From NCBI GenBank assembly GCA_030264375.1, contig JASCQW010000133.1, forward strand, positions 6,284,803 to 6,348,802: 64,000 nucleotides of DNA, written 5' to 3'. Each line of letters begins with the position of its first letter. Positions within the stretch are counted from its first letter, which is position 1. The position numbers were made by a program, and so were the translations under genes. This stretch comes from Carcharhinus longimanus (lineage: Eukaryota). The notes beneath the pieces were generated by a model. The model was given only the letters and a program-made list of their open reading frames with translations, did not search any database and was not told the DNA's origin. This document shows, piece after piece, positions 51,637 through 64,000 of this stretch.

Positions 51637-51860
51637 GAACATACCTGATGATTCTAAGAAGACAAGATTTGTTTGTTTTGTTGTTGTATTTAGTTTTGTA
51701 TTGTGCAAAATGTATAAATTATCTCCCTGTCATAATGTAATGTGTTTTACTGACTTTTTAATATCACATTGGATTGTAAATTATATAATATTGAAGGGGT
51801 ACAATTTGCTTGATTTTACTATCATAAATTTTAAATAAAATCAGTACCAATTTTACATGA
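51637..51860 (+). other. CDC45: CDC45 non-coding terminal exon 19 (3'UTR) with polyA signal
   Basis: Acceptor gcttctcattcttcag at 51636, AU-rich sequence, AATAAA at 51834-51839; 3' end approximate. Confidence 0.75.
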
Positions 51861-51984
51861 CTTGTCACATATTGCCTTGTGCGTTACTCCTTTTATGGAC
51901 ATTCTTATGCCTGAAAGGCATATGGTGCTGAATTTTACTGGCTACGGATGGCAAGACAGCAGTGAAATAGGAGGAGCCATGTTA

Positions 51985-52345
51985 AGGGAGAGGTGATGGC
52001 TTAGTGATATCATCACTAGATTATTAATCCAGAAACTCCCCTAATCTTCTGGGAACTAAAGTTCAAATCTTGTTATGGCAAATGGTGGAATTTGAATTCA
52101 GTTTCTGGAATTGAGAATCTAATGACCATGAAACTATTGTCAGAAAAACCTATCCGGTTCACTAATGTCCTTTAGGCAAGGAAATCTGCCATCTTTACGT
52201 GGTCTGGCCTACACATGACTTCAGAGCTTACAGTATTGTAGTTGACTCTCAACTACCCTTGAACTGAGTTTGAGAGCAGTTGAGAGTCAGCCATGGGTGG
52301 ACAATAGATGCTGGCCAGCCAGTGACACCCACAATTGAATAATAT
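51985..52345 (+). mobile_element. tRNA-derived SINE with a CR1/L2-type tail (related copies at about 53780-53990 + and 39360-39560 -)
   Basis: gttcaaatc B-box; body ggttcactaatgtcctttagg..ggaaatctgcc shared between copies. Confidence 0.65.
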
Positions 52346-53989
52346 AAAAGTAGCTCCGAAACACTGTCCCACTGTCAGGGACATTTCCAGGAGGCAGACT
52401 GATTTGTGGATCGATTACCCCCTCGTCAGAGATGGGCAGCTGATTTGCTTAATTAAGGCCCCAATTAGGGACCATTAAGTAAGACAGTTGGCATTTTGCC
52501 ACTGATAGTACGACCTTGCAGCAGCCCAGCAGGGTCTTTGCAGTGAATGTAACGTTCAAACTAAATAGTAAATTGCAGTTGCACTCACTCATTACACACA
52601 GCTGTAATGAAGCAATGAATTAGGTGGCTGCTTTTGATAAATTTGCAGAGGCGGTCTGCTCCCAGCAAGTGATAGCTTGGGACTCCCTATTGGTCTGAAT
52701 GTTCAGGTTCCAAATCCCGCAGAATCACTGTTGGGGCTGCTCCTCAGGCTCCTTCACTTTTTTCTTTTTAAAAAATTTAGCCAACAGTCATTAAACAGAA
52801 TTGCAAACAGATGTAGCAACTTGGAACAAATTGTGTTTTTTGTTTGTAATTTTCTCCTTTCTCAATCTGTCCCTACACTTCAACTGATTATTATTTAGAA
52901 TAATGGAATGGTTACAGTACAGAAAGGCAGCCATTTGGCCTGTTGAGTCTGTGCTCACTCACGCTGTCTCTCTCTCCCCCTTTTGCTTCAACCACCGTCC
53001 ACTGCTCCCCCCCTCTGGAACAATTTCCCTGAATACACCAATACAGTTTTGCATCAATTTGATGAAAGCTCAATTTTGGTTTAAAGAATGAGGACAAAGC
53101 TGTAATCCTTCCTGCATCAGTGGCAGTCAATGGCACTATTAAAGGAACTGTGTGACTATCTGAAAACCTTGTCCTGTTCCTATGACAGCAAACAATACAA
53201 GTTCTTCCCACAGCAAGAGGCTTCACAAAGAGGGCATCATCAATTATTTCTCAGTGTGTAACAACCCCATCCCCTACCTGTCCAGGAAACTTGGCCGAGT
53301 TGTCTTATTTGAGGAAAAGCTTTTCCTTTGAAAGAACATTTTGGCACTGCCTTTTCACTATTTCATTTGAGCCCAGACTTTCTACTTGTGTTCACAGTCC
53401 TGTATACGTTTCTGGCTCATTAAGTAATTGCACAAACTCACTTGTTGCTGAACGCAGATGCAGAAAACTCTAGAATCTAGTTCTCCATACTACTTTTTCC
53501 AAAATGATCTTTGCAGTACACAATGCATCTTGACCATACACATTTCACTTTTTCAAGCAGTGGAGTTGTTTAGGTTCTAGCCTCTTGAAATTGAAATGTA
53601 TAATTTAGGCTGATTTGAGCGCACCCTGGCACTTGCATATTCTATATTAATTCATTATTGATTACACTAATTTAGTTAAATACACTCTAGTTTATAGGAG
53701 TATACCCAATCCTGAAAGTCTTATTGCCACATAAATGGTTGCTACATAGTATAGATTCTGGATAATTAGCAATGAAGCTAGTGGACATGTTAGTGGATTC
53801 TTATTCCAGGAGTATAGACTAATGCTCTAGAGATGAGAGTTCAAATCAAATCACTAGGGGAATTTGAATTCAATTAGTTCATCAAATTTGGAATAAAGTG
53901 TCATGATGATGAGCCTACCTGATTGTTATAAAAACCCATCTGGTTCATTAATGTTCTTCCTAGAAGGAAATCTGCCATCTTTACCAGTC

Positions 53990-55390
53990 AGACTTGGGCT
54001 GATAAGTGGCAAATATCATTTGTGTCACATAATTGACAAACAATGACCATCTCCACAAGAGAATCAAACCACCACCTGATATTCAGTGGCATTACCATCG
54101 CTGAATCCCACACTCAACATTCTGGGAGTGCAACTGACCAGTACATTAACTGAACCAATTATATAAATACTGTGGCTACGAGAGCAGGTCAGAGGCTGGG
54201 AATTCTGTGATGAGTTACTCACCCAACTCTCAAAGTCTGTACATCTACAAGTCAGGTGTGATGGAATACTCTCCACTTGTTTGGGTGAATGCAGCTGCAA
54301 TAGCACTCAAGCAGCTCACTGTTCAGGATAAAGCAAACTGTTTGATNNNNNNNNNNNNNNNNNNNNNNNNNNNNNNNNNNNNNNNNNNNNNNNNNNNNNN
54401 NNNNNNNNNNNNNNNNNNNNNNNNNNNNNNNNNNNNNNNNNNNNNNCACTCAGGATTGTTCGGTTAGCACTGCTGCCTCACAGCGTCAGGGACCTGGGTT
54501 CAATTCTGGCCTTGGGTGACTGTATGGTATTTGCACATTCTCCTCGTGTCTGCATGGGTTTCCTCTGGGTGCTCCGGTTCCTACCCACACTCCAAAGATG
54601 TGCAGGCTGGGTTGATTGGACATGCTAAATTGCCCCTTAGTATCAAGGAGTCCAGCAAAGTAAATACGTGGGTTATGGGGAATAGAGCCTGGGTAGGATT
54701 GCTGTCAGTGCAGGCTCAATGGGCCAAATGGCCTCCTTTGTAATGTCGCGCTTCTATGATTCTACGATGGAAGGGGTCATCAACAGTGCTATCAAGTGGC
54801 ACCTACTGAGCAATACTCTGCTCGCTGTCTCAGTTTGGGTTCTTCCAGACCCACTCAGCTCCTGACCTCATTATGGTCTTGGTACAAATATGGATAAAAG
54901 AGCTGAGAGTGAGGCGAGAGTGACTGCCCTTTACATCAGGGCAGCATTTGACTGAGTATAGCATCAAGGCGTCCTAGGAGAATGGAGGTCAGTGGGAATC
55001 AGAGGGAAAGCTCTCCACTGATTGATGTCATCCCAGCACAAAGGAAGATGGTTGTGGATGTTGGAGGTCAATCTTCTCAGCCACAGAACATCACACACAG
55101 TGAGAGTTCCTCACGTCTTAGGCCCAACTGTCTTCAGCTGCTTCATCAATGATCTCCCCTCCATCATAAGGTCAGAAGTGGAGATGTTGACTGATAATTG
55201 AATAATTTTCTATACCACTCACAACTCCTGATTCTAAAGTTGACCATGCCCATATGCAGAAATACGTGGACAACATTCAGGCTTTGGCAGGTAAGCGATA
55301 GGTAACATTCACACCATCCGAGTGCTAGGCAATGTCCATCTCCAACTGCAGTGGTTCAAGAAGGCAGATCACTACCACCTTCTCAAAGGC
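53990..55390 (+). mobile_element. CR1/L2-superfamily LINE RT fragments
   Basis: LGPTVFSCFINDLPSIIRSEVEMLTDN at about 55118-55198; same family as 8880-10930. Confidence 0.7.
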
Positions 55391-56359
55391 CAGAGGGTGA
55401 TGAATTCTATGGGATTCATTGTAAAGTTAAAGATTATTTAGTAGTCACAAGTAAGGCTTATATTAACACTGCAATGAAGCTACTGCAAAATTCCCTTAGC
55501 TGCCACACTCCGGCAACTGTTTGTGTCAATGCACATAACCAGCACATCTTTCAGACTGTGAGGGGAAACCTACACAGACACAGGGTGAATGTGAAAACTC
55601 CACACAGACAGTGACCCAAGCTGGGAATCGAACCCAGCTCCCTGGTGCTGTGAGGCAGCAATACCAGGAAGCAGTATTGGCCACTGTGCCGCCCGCACTT
55701 TTCAAAGCACCCTCAAAACATGGGACCCCCTCAACCTGACTTGGAGCCTGCAGCTTGGATTCAGTTCTCTCCATTTCACTCATGTGATTCTTTGGCGTCA
55801 GTTCTCTCCATCTGCACACAGCTTGGCGTCTTCTCCAACACTTAGAAAACTGGGGCAGGAGACCTAGGAATATCACAACCTACAGTTTTCCTTCAGGTCA
55901 AACACCATCATGACTTTGAGCTATATTGCAGCCCCTACAATGTCACGATCAAAATCTTGGTCAAATCAAAATCAAAATCAAAATCTCCCTAATAGCACAA
56001 TGGATGTGGCTACACTACTGGACTGCAACAGTTCAAGAAAAAGGTTTAACCACCACCTTCTGAGCTTAATTAAGGATAGGTAATAAATGCTAATCTTGTG
56101 AATCTACCATCTCATGAATTAAAACAAAACTCTTATCAGCAAGCTCCAGGTTTTAAATTTTAAGTAATGAATACTTTGTTTTATTTATCCCAAAGCAATC
56201 CAATTTTTCACCTATTTATTATGAAGCCTTCCTTTTTTGATGCAATTTAAATGTGCCAACATTTTCTTAAGAACTTCAAAGTGGTGGGAGGACATTAAAT
56301 GACTTCAAACTACATCAAGTTGTGCAGCTGTTTCCTGATTTCCTGGTAACTGGCAGAAT

Positions 56360-57836
56360 AGAAAGCAAATGGTGTTCTGTGCTTTCCAATTTGCATCCAG
56401 TTTTTAATGAATGTTTTAAAAGATGTTTGAATTGCATTTTAACAGTGCAGTCTCTTGACTCAGCCCAAAAAAGGTTTCTGTTGCTCGACAGAAGAAATAT
56501 AACTCTCTCCACAGACAACTCTGGAGATCTCAGTTTTGGTGTATTTCGAATCCATATCAAATTCCATGAGATAGTTGACCAAGAAATTTTACAACGTTTC
56601 TCCACCGTTGTCCAGCTCAGTGGGACCATATTGGTTATGATGGATGGTTTTCATACAAATGAAACTAGAACCAGAGAATCACTTAGTAAGATATGAGAGC
56701 AGAATTAGGCCATTCGGCCCAGTTAGTCTGCTCTGCCATTTGAAACTACACTACATTCTGCACTCTTTTGTTTCCTTCTCTATGAATGGTATGTTTTGTC
56801 TGTATAGCACACAAGAAGCAATACTTTTCACTGTATACCAATACAAGTGACAATAGTAAATCAGATCAAATCTCTTCACTCCTGCAGCATTAAATCTGGT
56901 GTTTCACCGACTGATTCCTATTCCCCATGTACATACTGCCTGTTAGGGTCACCATCCAAATACACAGCCTCAGTTTTCATATGCATGCTGATGATGCATA
57001 GTTTTACCTTGCCTCCATCCTTTATGAGCTTTCTTAAATTTTCGAACCAATATAGTTACAAAGCAAGCAATGCCTCAACTCAAAATGCAAATATGACCTC
57101 TCTCCTCCCCAACTCTGTAATCTTCTAAAGAACATAACAAACAGATGCAGAAATAGGCCTTTTGACCCCCTCGAGCCTGCTGTGCCATTAACAAGATCTT
57201 AGCTGATCTAATGTGGTCTTAACTCTATTTTCCTGTTGGCCCCCCATAACCCTGGACTCCTTTGTCAACATAAGAAATAGGAGCAGGAGCAGGCCATCTA
57301 GCCCCTTGAGCCTGCCCCACCATTCAATAAAATCATGGCTGATCAGGTATCAGTTTAACTCAACCTTGAACCTCTTCAATACGGCAGTCTCTGCTGCTGT
57401 TTGTGAAAGGTATCAACCATCTGGATGATGTCCAGAAGTCCAAGGCGGCCACTGGCAGGAAACTTGCTTTTCCTTAACTGAAAGGCGCTAAGGTCTAATA
57501 CCACCTTAGCTAACATCAACAAATTCAACACAGATCAGAAATCTATTCAGTAAAGTTCAAAACTTTTACACCTCCAACACAAAATAAATTTGTAAAACCA
57601 TATTACTATTAGCACATGAAAAGGAGGTCTGAAATTTGATATGGATTCGAATTACACTGAGACTGATCTCTCCAGAGTTGTCTGTAGAGTTATATTTCTT
57701 CTATCAAGCAACAGAAACCTTTTTTAGGCTGCGAGTCAAGAGACTGTGCGCTGTTAAAATGCAATTCAAACATCTTTTAGAACATTCATTAAACACTGGA
57801 TGCAAATTGGAAAACACAGAACACCATTCACTTTCT
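56360..57836. repeat. Long inverted repeat, arms 56360-56564 and 57631-57836
   Basis: Arms are reverse complements with scattered mismatches; ORFs 56315(-) and 57636(+) share VKMQFKHLL.HSL.TGCKLE.TEHH. Confidence 0.9.
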
Positions 57837-58941
57837 TTAGGTTGAGTGTGATAGTTTACCTTAGTCATAATCAACTAGGATGCCATTGCTGACTTTGGTA
57901 AGAGCTGTTTTAATTATGACAGGGCAGAAATCTGATGGAGTTCTAAAAAAAACATGGACAGTGATTTGGTTGGTGACAAGGACCCTGGAGGGCAAATGGA
58001 AGTGGAAGATAGGACAGTAGTTTGCAACAAGACAGGCAAAATATTGATATTGAGGAGTAGATTGGATAGATTTGTAAGTGGGTGACACCATCTGAGGGGA
58101 AGTGGTCATTAATGATGCCATCTGACATTGGAGCCAGGAAGGGAATTAAGAAAATACTTGTTCTTTCCTGCTGTTAGAATAATGTTACCTCTGAAGTGAG
58201 TAGGATTAATGCAACTGTGTGTGTGAAGTTAATAGAAAGTTAGAAAACTTATTTCAGCAGATGCTGACAGGTGCAGGATACAAACTGAAGCAGAATTCTC
58301 CCCAAATTCCAGTCTCTGTACTCACTTGACTGTTCTGTGATTTGTCTCCCATTGCTTGAGTTAAAAGCACATGACTTCTCAGTTGGAGCCCTGAAGCCAC
58401 AGATTTCAGCAAAACATTGTGTCCTGGAAAATTCATGTTTCAATGCACCAGATGAATCCAGCTGGCCCTGATCCTTTTTCTCTCCTGTTTGCTTAAGATT
58501 GAAAACTAAACTCATTGAATAGTTTCTTTTTCAAACACCAGGATCCCAAAATTTGAGCTTCTTATCTGCTTTGGTCTTTCCTCACTCATGCAAACTTTTA
58601 AAACACGAGCTTGATCGCAACAGTCGCTAAGATCACTTATTTTCTCTGCTACCTCAACCACTGCTCTATCACTGGTGAAATCTGTATCCATTCTTTTATC
58701 AGTTCTGTTGAATTTTTCCATTGATCTCCCATCTGTGACTATGTAAATTCCAGATTGTCCAAAACTCAGCAACCCATTTCCTCTCCCATGCTAAAGCCAC
58801 CAGGGTCATGATGGCATTCAGCTCATGCTGGCTCAATGTAGAAAACCAGTCAATCAATCCCAATCCCTCAGACTTGCAGGGCTACAGGATATTTTTCTCA
58901 AGTTCTGATCCTATCTCCTTTTGAAATTAGTGACAGCCTCT

Positions 58942-60957
58942 ACTTCCATCAATCTTCTAGACAGTGAGTTCCACATTACTACTGACTGCTTAAAAAACTG
59001 CCTTCCTCACATATTCCTTTTCTTACCCAAAACCTTAAATCTATATCCCTAGTCTTTGTATCATAAGCTAATAGGAACAGCTATGCCTACCTTTTTAAAA
59101 CCTATCATAAACTTGTACACCTCTATCAGGTCTCCCCTAAACTTCCTTTGCTCCAAGGAAAACAACCCCAGCTTCACCACCCTAACCTTGTAGCTAAGTT
59201 ATCTCATCCCTAGAATCATTCTGGTAAATCTCCACTACACTGCCTCACAATTTTCATGAAGTGCAGTGACCAGAAATGGATGTAAACCAACCAGAGCTGT
59301 ACAATGGTTCACCACATCTTCCCTGCTTTTATAATCAGTATCTCTATTTATGAAGTCCAAAATCCCACATGGTTTACTAATTACTCTTCCAAAATATCTT
59401 CAAACATCTCTACTCAAAGTCTCAGATCCTCTGACCCTGTATGTTCTAAAATTCCACCATTAGTATACATTATCTCTCCCTATCTCTCAAAATGCATCAC
59501 TTGATAACTGCTCAATCCTCATTGATTGGCAATGATGTAAAATGTATTAAATTTGAACTCCTTGTCCTGTTTCTCAGAACTCTATGATTTTGCTTCATCT
59601 CCTTCAATGTTTCAAAATTCTTTGATGTGGAGATGCCAGTGTTAGATTGGGGTAAACACAGTAATAAGACTCAACACCAGGTTAAAGTCCAACAGGTTTA
59701 TTTGGTAGTAAACGCCACTAGCTTTTCGAATGCTGTACCTTCATCAGGTGAGTGGAGAGTTGATCAGAACTTTCCACTCACCTGACAAAGGAACAATGTT
59801 CCGAAAGCTAGTAGTGTTTACTACCAAATAAAACTGTTGGACTTTAACCTGGTGTTATGAGACTTCAAAACTCTTTCACAGGATGTGAGTTTCACCAGCA
59901 AATGAGGATTTGTTGTCCATCTCTAAGTGCTCTTGAGAAATTAGTATTCTTGAACCACTACATCGTGTGGTGTAGGTACATCCACAGTGTTGTTTGTCAT
60001 GCTGCTCCAGAATTCTAAACCAGTGATTACGATATCAGGATGATGTGTCACTTGGAGGGATACTTGCAGTTGGTGATGTCTGCTGTCACTTTGTCCTATT
60101 AAGTGGTAGAGGTCATGGATTTGGAAGCCACTGTCAAAGTCTTGAGGAGTTGGTGTGTTACATGGATGCTGAATATAGCTTGGTGAACGAGATGCCAGTC
60201 AAGAAGACTGATTTGTCCTGGATAGTATTGAGGTTTTTTTTTGTGTTTTTGGGAGTTTACTCATCCAGGCAAGTGAAGAGTATTCCATCACACTCCTGAC
60301 TTCAGCCTTGTGGATGGTGGAAAAGCTTAAAAGAGTCACGAGGTATACTAATAACCACAGAATACCCAGCCTCTGCCCCGTCATTATATTTGTGTAGCAG
60401 ATTGAGTTAACTTTTTGCTCAGTAGTGATACCCACAACATTGATAGTTGGAAATGCTTTTTTGGAATTCTTTCCCAGAATGTGAGCATCACTAGCTAGAC
60501 TAACATTTTTAATCACCCATCCCTAATTTCCCTTGAGATGAGGATGGTGTCACCTCTTGAACCGCTGCAGTCCACGTAGTGTAGCTACAACCACAGTACT
60601 GTTGGGGAGGAAGGTCCAAAATTTTGACCATGCTGATGTTACCTGTGAGGGTGTCCCAACTTCCATCAACCTTCNNNNNNNNNNNNNNNNNNNNNNNNNN
60701 NNNNNNNNNNNNNNNNNNNNNNNNNNNNNNNNNNNNNNNNNNNNNNNNNNNNNNNNNNNNNNNNNNNNNNNNNNAATACTGCTGACTGCTTAAAAACCTA
60801 CCTTCCTCATGTTCCTTTTTACCCAAAACTTTAAATTTATGTCCCTAGTCTTTTTATCATAAAAAAGGAACAGCTAGGTCTACTTTTTTAAACCTCTCAA
60901 TCTTGTACACCCCTATCAGGTCTTCCCTAAACTTCCTTTGCCCCAAGGAAAACAATT
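58942..60957. repeat. Direct duplication of a decayed CR1 fragment (58942-59167 and 60659-60957)
   Basis: ttccatcaa(t/c)cttc...ctgactgcttaaaaa...ccaaggaaaacaa occurs twice; the second copy is interrupted by an N-gap. Confidence 0.75.
59624..59866. mobile_element. Palindromic Penelope-like family A element with degenerate hammerhead cores on both strands
   Basis: Hairpin centred on tgatca (59761-59766); TSD ttcaaaattcttt (59611-59623) and ttcaaaactcttt (59864-59876). Confidence 0.8.
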
Positions 60958-63056
60958 GCTCGTAATGGTATGTAGTTTTGTTTTTGGAATAGTGTGAAGA
61001 GTCACATGAAACCCCAGTGAGAATCACCAGTCTATTCATCATGTAACAATTATTAAAGACAATTTATTACATTAAAGAAAAGCCAAATGCACATAAGCAA
61101 AGCTCAAATACTCAGACAATTAAGATATGAATCACTAAACACAGTTTATGTAGAAATTACCCCCTTGTTCCAAATTATATCTATGATCTCTGAACTCAAG
61201 ACTCCTTCCCTTACAACATCCAAACTGAATAAACCTAGAAGTCAAATCCAGCTTATAGGCATCATACAATGCATGGCTGAGGATCAAGTCTTTTTCTGGT
61301 CTAGTGATAATATTTAAACTGCCTTGATGAATGTTTCTGCAATGCCTGGGCCCCAAGCTCCTGGCTGAGAGTCATAGACTGGCCTCAGGCTGAGAGAGGT
61401 AAACACACCACTCGGCTGTTAGATGCAAGCTAGACTCCCTGTTTGAGGGTGCTGGCAATTATACATTCTTTATCTTTAATTCTTCATTCTGTGGATTTCA
61501 CTGTCTGCATCTCTCAAATTCTAGAAATTAGCATGTGTATACAGCCACTGATCTCAGTCATCTAGGTAAGCTGTTCCCCACTAATGGGGTAATTTACACT
61601 TAGTTCTGCCTAGATGCCTGCTAATCTCATTACTGGGAAGATCACATTTTGAATTATGATTACTACTGTTGCAAGACAGATTTCTACTTGTTGCTGGCAG
61701 GTTGAAGCCTATCATGCTTTGTTAAATGATTTTTACTGCTGTTATAGTCAGATTGATGACAGAAGGAACAGTGATATAGTTCCAAGTCAGAATGGGTATT
61801 CCTGTGGGGAACTTGCAAGTGATAGTATTCCCATGTATTTGCTATTCTTGTCCTTCTAGGTGGTAGGGGGGTTAACAAAGAACAAAGAACAAAATCAGCC
61901 CGGGAAACAGGCCCTTTGGCCCAACGAGCCTGTGCTGCCATCTCAACACCACCAGTCCCCCTCTCCACCCACGACCCCTGTCTAATGTTTTATGGCCATC
62001 CAGATTGAGGNNNNNNNNNNNNNNNNNNNNNNNNNNNNNNNNNNNNNNNNNNNNNNNNNNNNNNNNNNNNNNNNNNNNNNNNNNNNNNNNNNNNNNNNNN
62101 NNNNNNNNNNNNNNNNNNNNNNNNNNNNNNNNNNNNNNNNNNNNNNNNNNNNNNNNNNNNNNNNNNCTAAAGGGACGATCCTTTAAAACAGAGATGAAGA
62201 GGAATTTCTTCAGCCAGAGAGTGGTGAATCTGTAGAACTCTTTACCGCAGAAGGCTGTGAAGGCCAGGTCATTGAATGTCTTTAAGACAGAAATAGATAA
62301 GTTCTTGATTGATAAGGGGATCAGGGGTTATAGGAAAAAGGCAGGAGAATTGTGATGAGAAAAGAACAGACTCAATGGGCTGAGTGGCCTAATTCTGCTC
62401 CTATGTCTGATGGTCTTAAGGGTTAGGTGGATTGGCCATGCTAAATTGCCCCCTATATCAGGGAGATTAGCTAGGGTAAATGCATGGGGTTGTGGAGATA
62501 GAGCCTGGGTGGGAACAACACTGGGTGGTTGGTGGAAACCAGATGGGCCGAATGGCTTTCTTCTGCACTGTAGAGATTCTAGGAGCTACACTAGTCACTG
62601 AATGCCATCCTGAAAAGAACATCTTTACCCACACTCTCTGCCTTCTGCCAGTCAACCAATCTTTTGTTCATGCTCGTACCTTGTCTCTAACACCGCGGGC
62701 TCTTATTTAGCAGCTTAGTAAAGGGAATATAGTATTTGAAGAACAGAAGTCATTAAATTTGCAAGAAAACTATCAATTGGACCAGCTTCTTAAGCAGTTG
62801 AATTCTTGACATATATGCTACTGAAATCAGAGATGCCATTGGGCCCGAACCTCTGAGTTACAGTTTAAATGTATTTTCTCGAGGTAAGATATTTCATTAG
62901 CAGATAACTTGTAACGTATTTAACTTCACTGTCACATTGATCAAGAAATAGTGAACTACTGAGCTGATAATTATATCTGTTGCCAGTTCTTGAGTCTTCA
63001 GTAAGTGTATTTATCTGGCTTCAGGCTGGTATGAGGAAGATTATTGTTTTAAATAT

Positions 63057-63188
63057 AAAAGCGAATTACTGCGGATGCTGGAATCTAAAACCAAAAGAGG
63101 AAATCTTGGAAAATCGCAGCAGGTCTGGCAGCATCTGTAAGGAGAGGAAAGTGCTGAGGTTTCGAGTCCAAGTGACCCTTTGTCAAAA
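63057..63188 (-). mobile_element. Penelope-like family B terminal repeat
   Basis: Minus strand ttgacaaagggtcacttggactcgaaacctcagc...cagatgctgccagacctgc; homologous to 864-992. Confidence 0.65.
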
Positions 63189-64000
63189 CCCTTCTTTCTC
63201 TTTTAGATTGTTATTTTCCTGCCTCTGTTCCATTGGCTCCATTTTGATAGTTTTGCCAGATTCTCTCCTTGTACTTATTGTCTGTTTCCTTTCAGGCCCC
63301 TGTTAAGCTTTTACTTTCCACTCTCTGAATCCTTGGAATTCCTCTCTTGTTTATTAAAACGTTTGCACCAGGTCAGCAGAAAAGAAAGAAATTCTCCAAT
63401 GGGCTGAAATTCAACACACCGGGGGAGAATTGAATTACTCTGGCATGGCAAAGTAAGATTTCAGAAGAGTTCTTACTGGGTCCTAAAGACTGACTTGTAT
63501 AAGAAGATCTTNNNNNNNNNNTGAAATGTGGAGTTTCTCCACATTTACACCCAGATACACCTGCACTCCTCATTTGTGAGATGTAAATGTCACTGAAAAG
63601 GCCCATATACATTGCCCACGCTAAATGCCTGGAGAAGGTGGTACTGAATTCTTGGCAGTCCATGTTGTGTTTTTTTGTTCATGGGATGTGAGTAATTCTG
63701 ACAAGGCCAGCATTTATTGCCCATCCCTGGTACTGGGGAGTCCAGAGGAACTCAGACCTGGGACTGAAATGATTGTACTCCAACAGTCATGAGCATTTCC
63801 CCCTCACTGATTCTCATTTATTTCAGTTTTGCTAGGGTTCTTTGATGTCACACTGATTAAATGCTGCCCTGATTTTAAGGGCAGTCCCTCTTTGGAATTC
63901 AGCTCTCTGTTCATGTTTCGATTAGCACTGTATTGCAGACCAGAGCTGGAGGACTGATGCAAATTACATAGCTTAGATTTTGTGGAATTTAGGCTTGTGC

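Noticed and set aside
60961-61650. Additional solo LTR
   Set aside because: LTR-like composition, but I could not define TG..CA termini or a TSD
52000-64000. CLDN5, expected downstream by human synteny
   Set aside because: No claudin-like ORF in the window
1-64000. CRISPR array, operon or other prokaryotic system
   Set aside because: No regularly spaced repeats or dense ORFs; spliced vertebrate genes and retroposons explain the window

Overview
Eukaryotic (vertebrate) genomic DNA, most likely from a shark, judged by HE1/V-SINE, SacSINE1-like, LF-SINE-like, CR1/L2 and Penelope-type repeats. It is a draft assembly with 13 N-gaps. The window holds the complete CDC45 gene on the + strand: 18 coding exons from 7953 to 49816 (1704 nt, 567 aa), a non-coding last exon near 51637-51860, and a minor-spliceosome (U12) intron 10. 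Head-to-head on the - strand are the first two coding exons of UFD1, with a CCAAT-rich CpG promoter. The rest is mostly transposon debris. The most unusual signals are (1) a polyA-tailed, structured retroposon carrying U2 snRNA 5'-end motifs, inserted in a SINE in CDC45 intron 1, and (2) fold-back Penelope-derived elements with target-site duplications that carry minimal type-I hammerhead ribozyme cores. There are no prokaryotic systems or CRISPR arrays. Repeat family names come from motif recognition, not a database search, and repeat boundaries are approximate.
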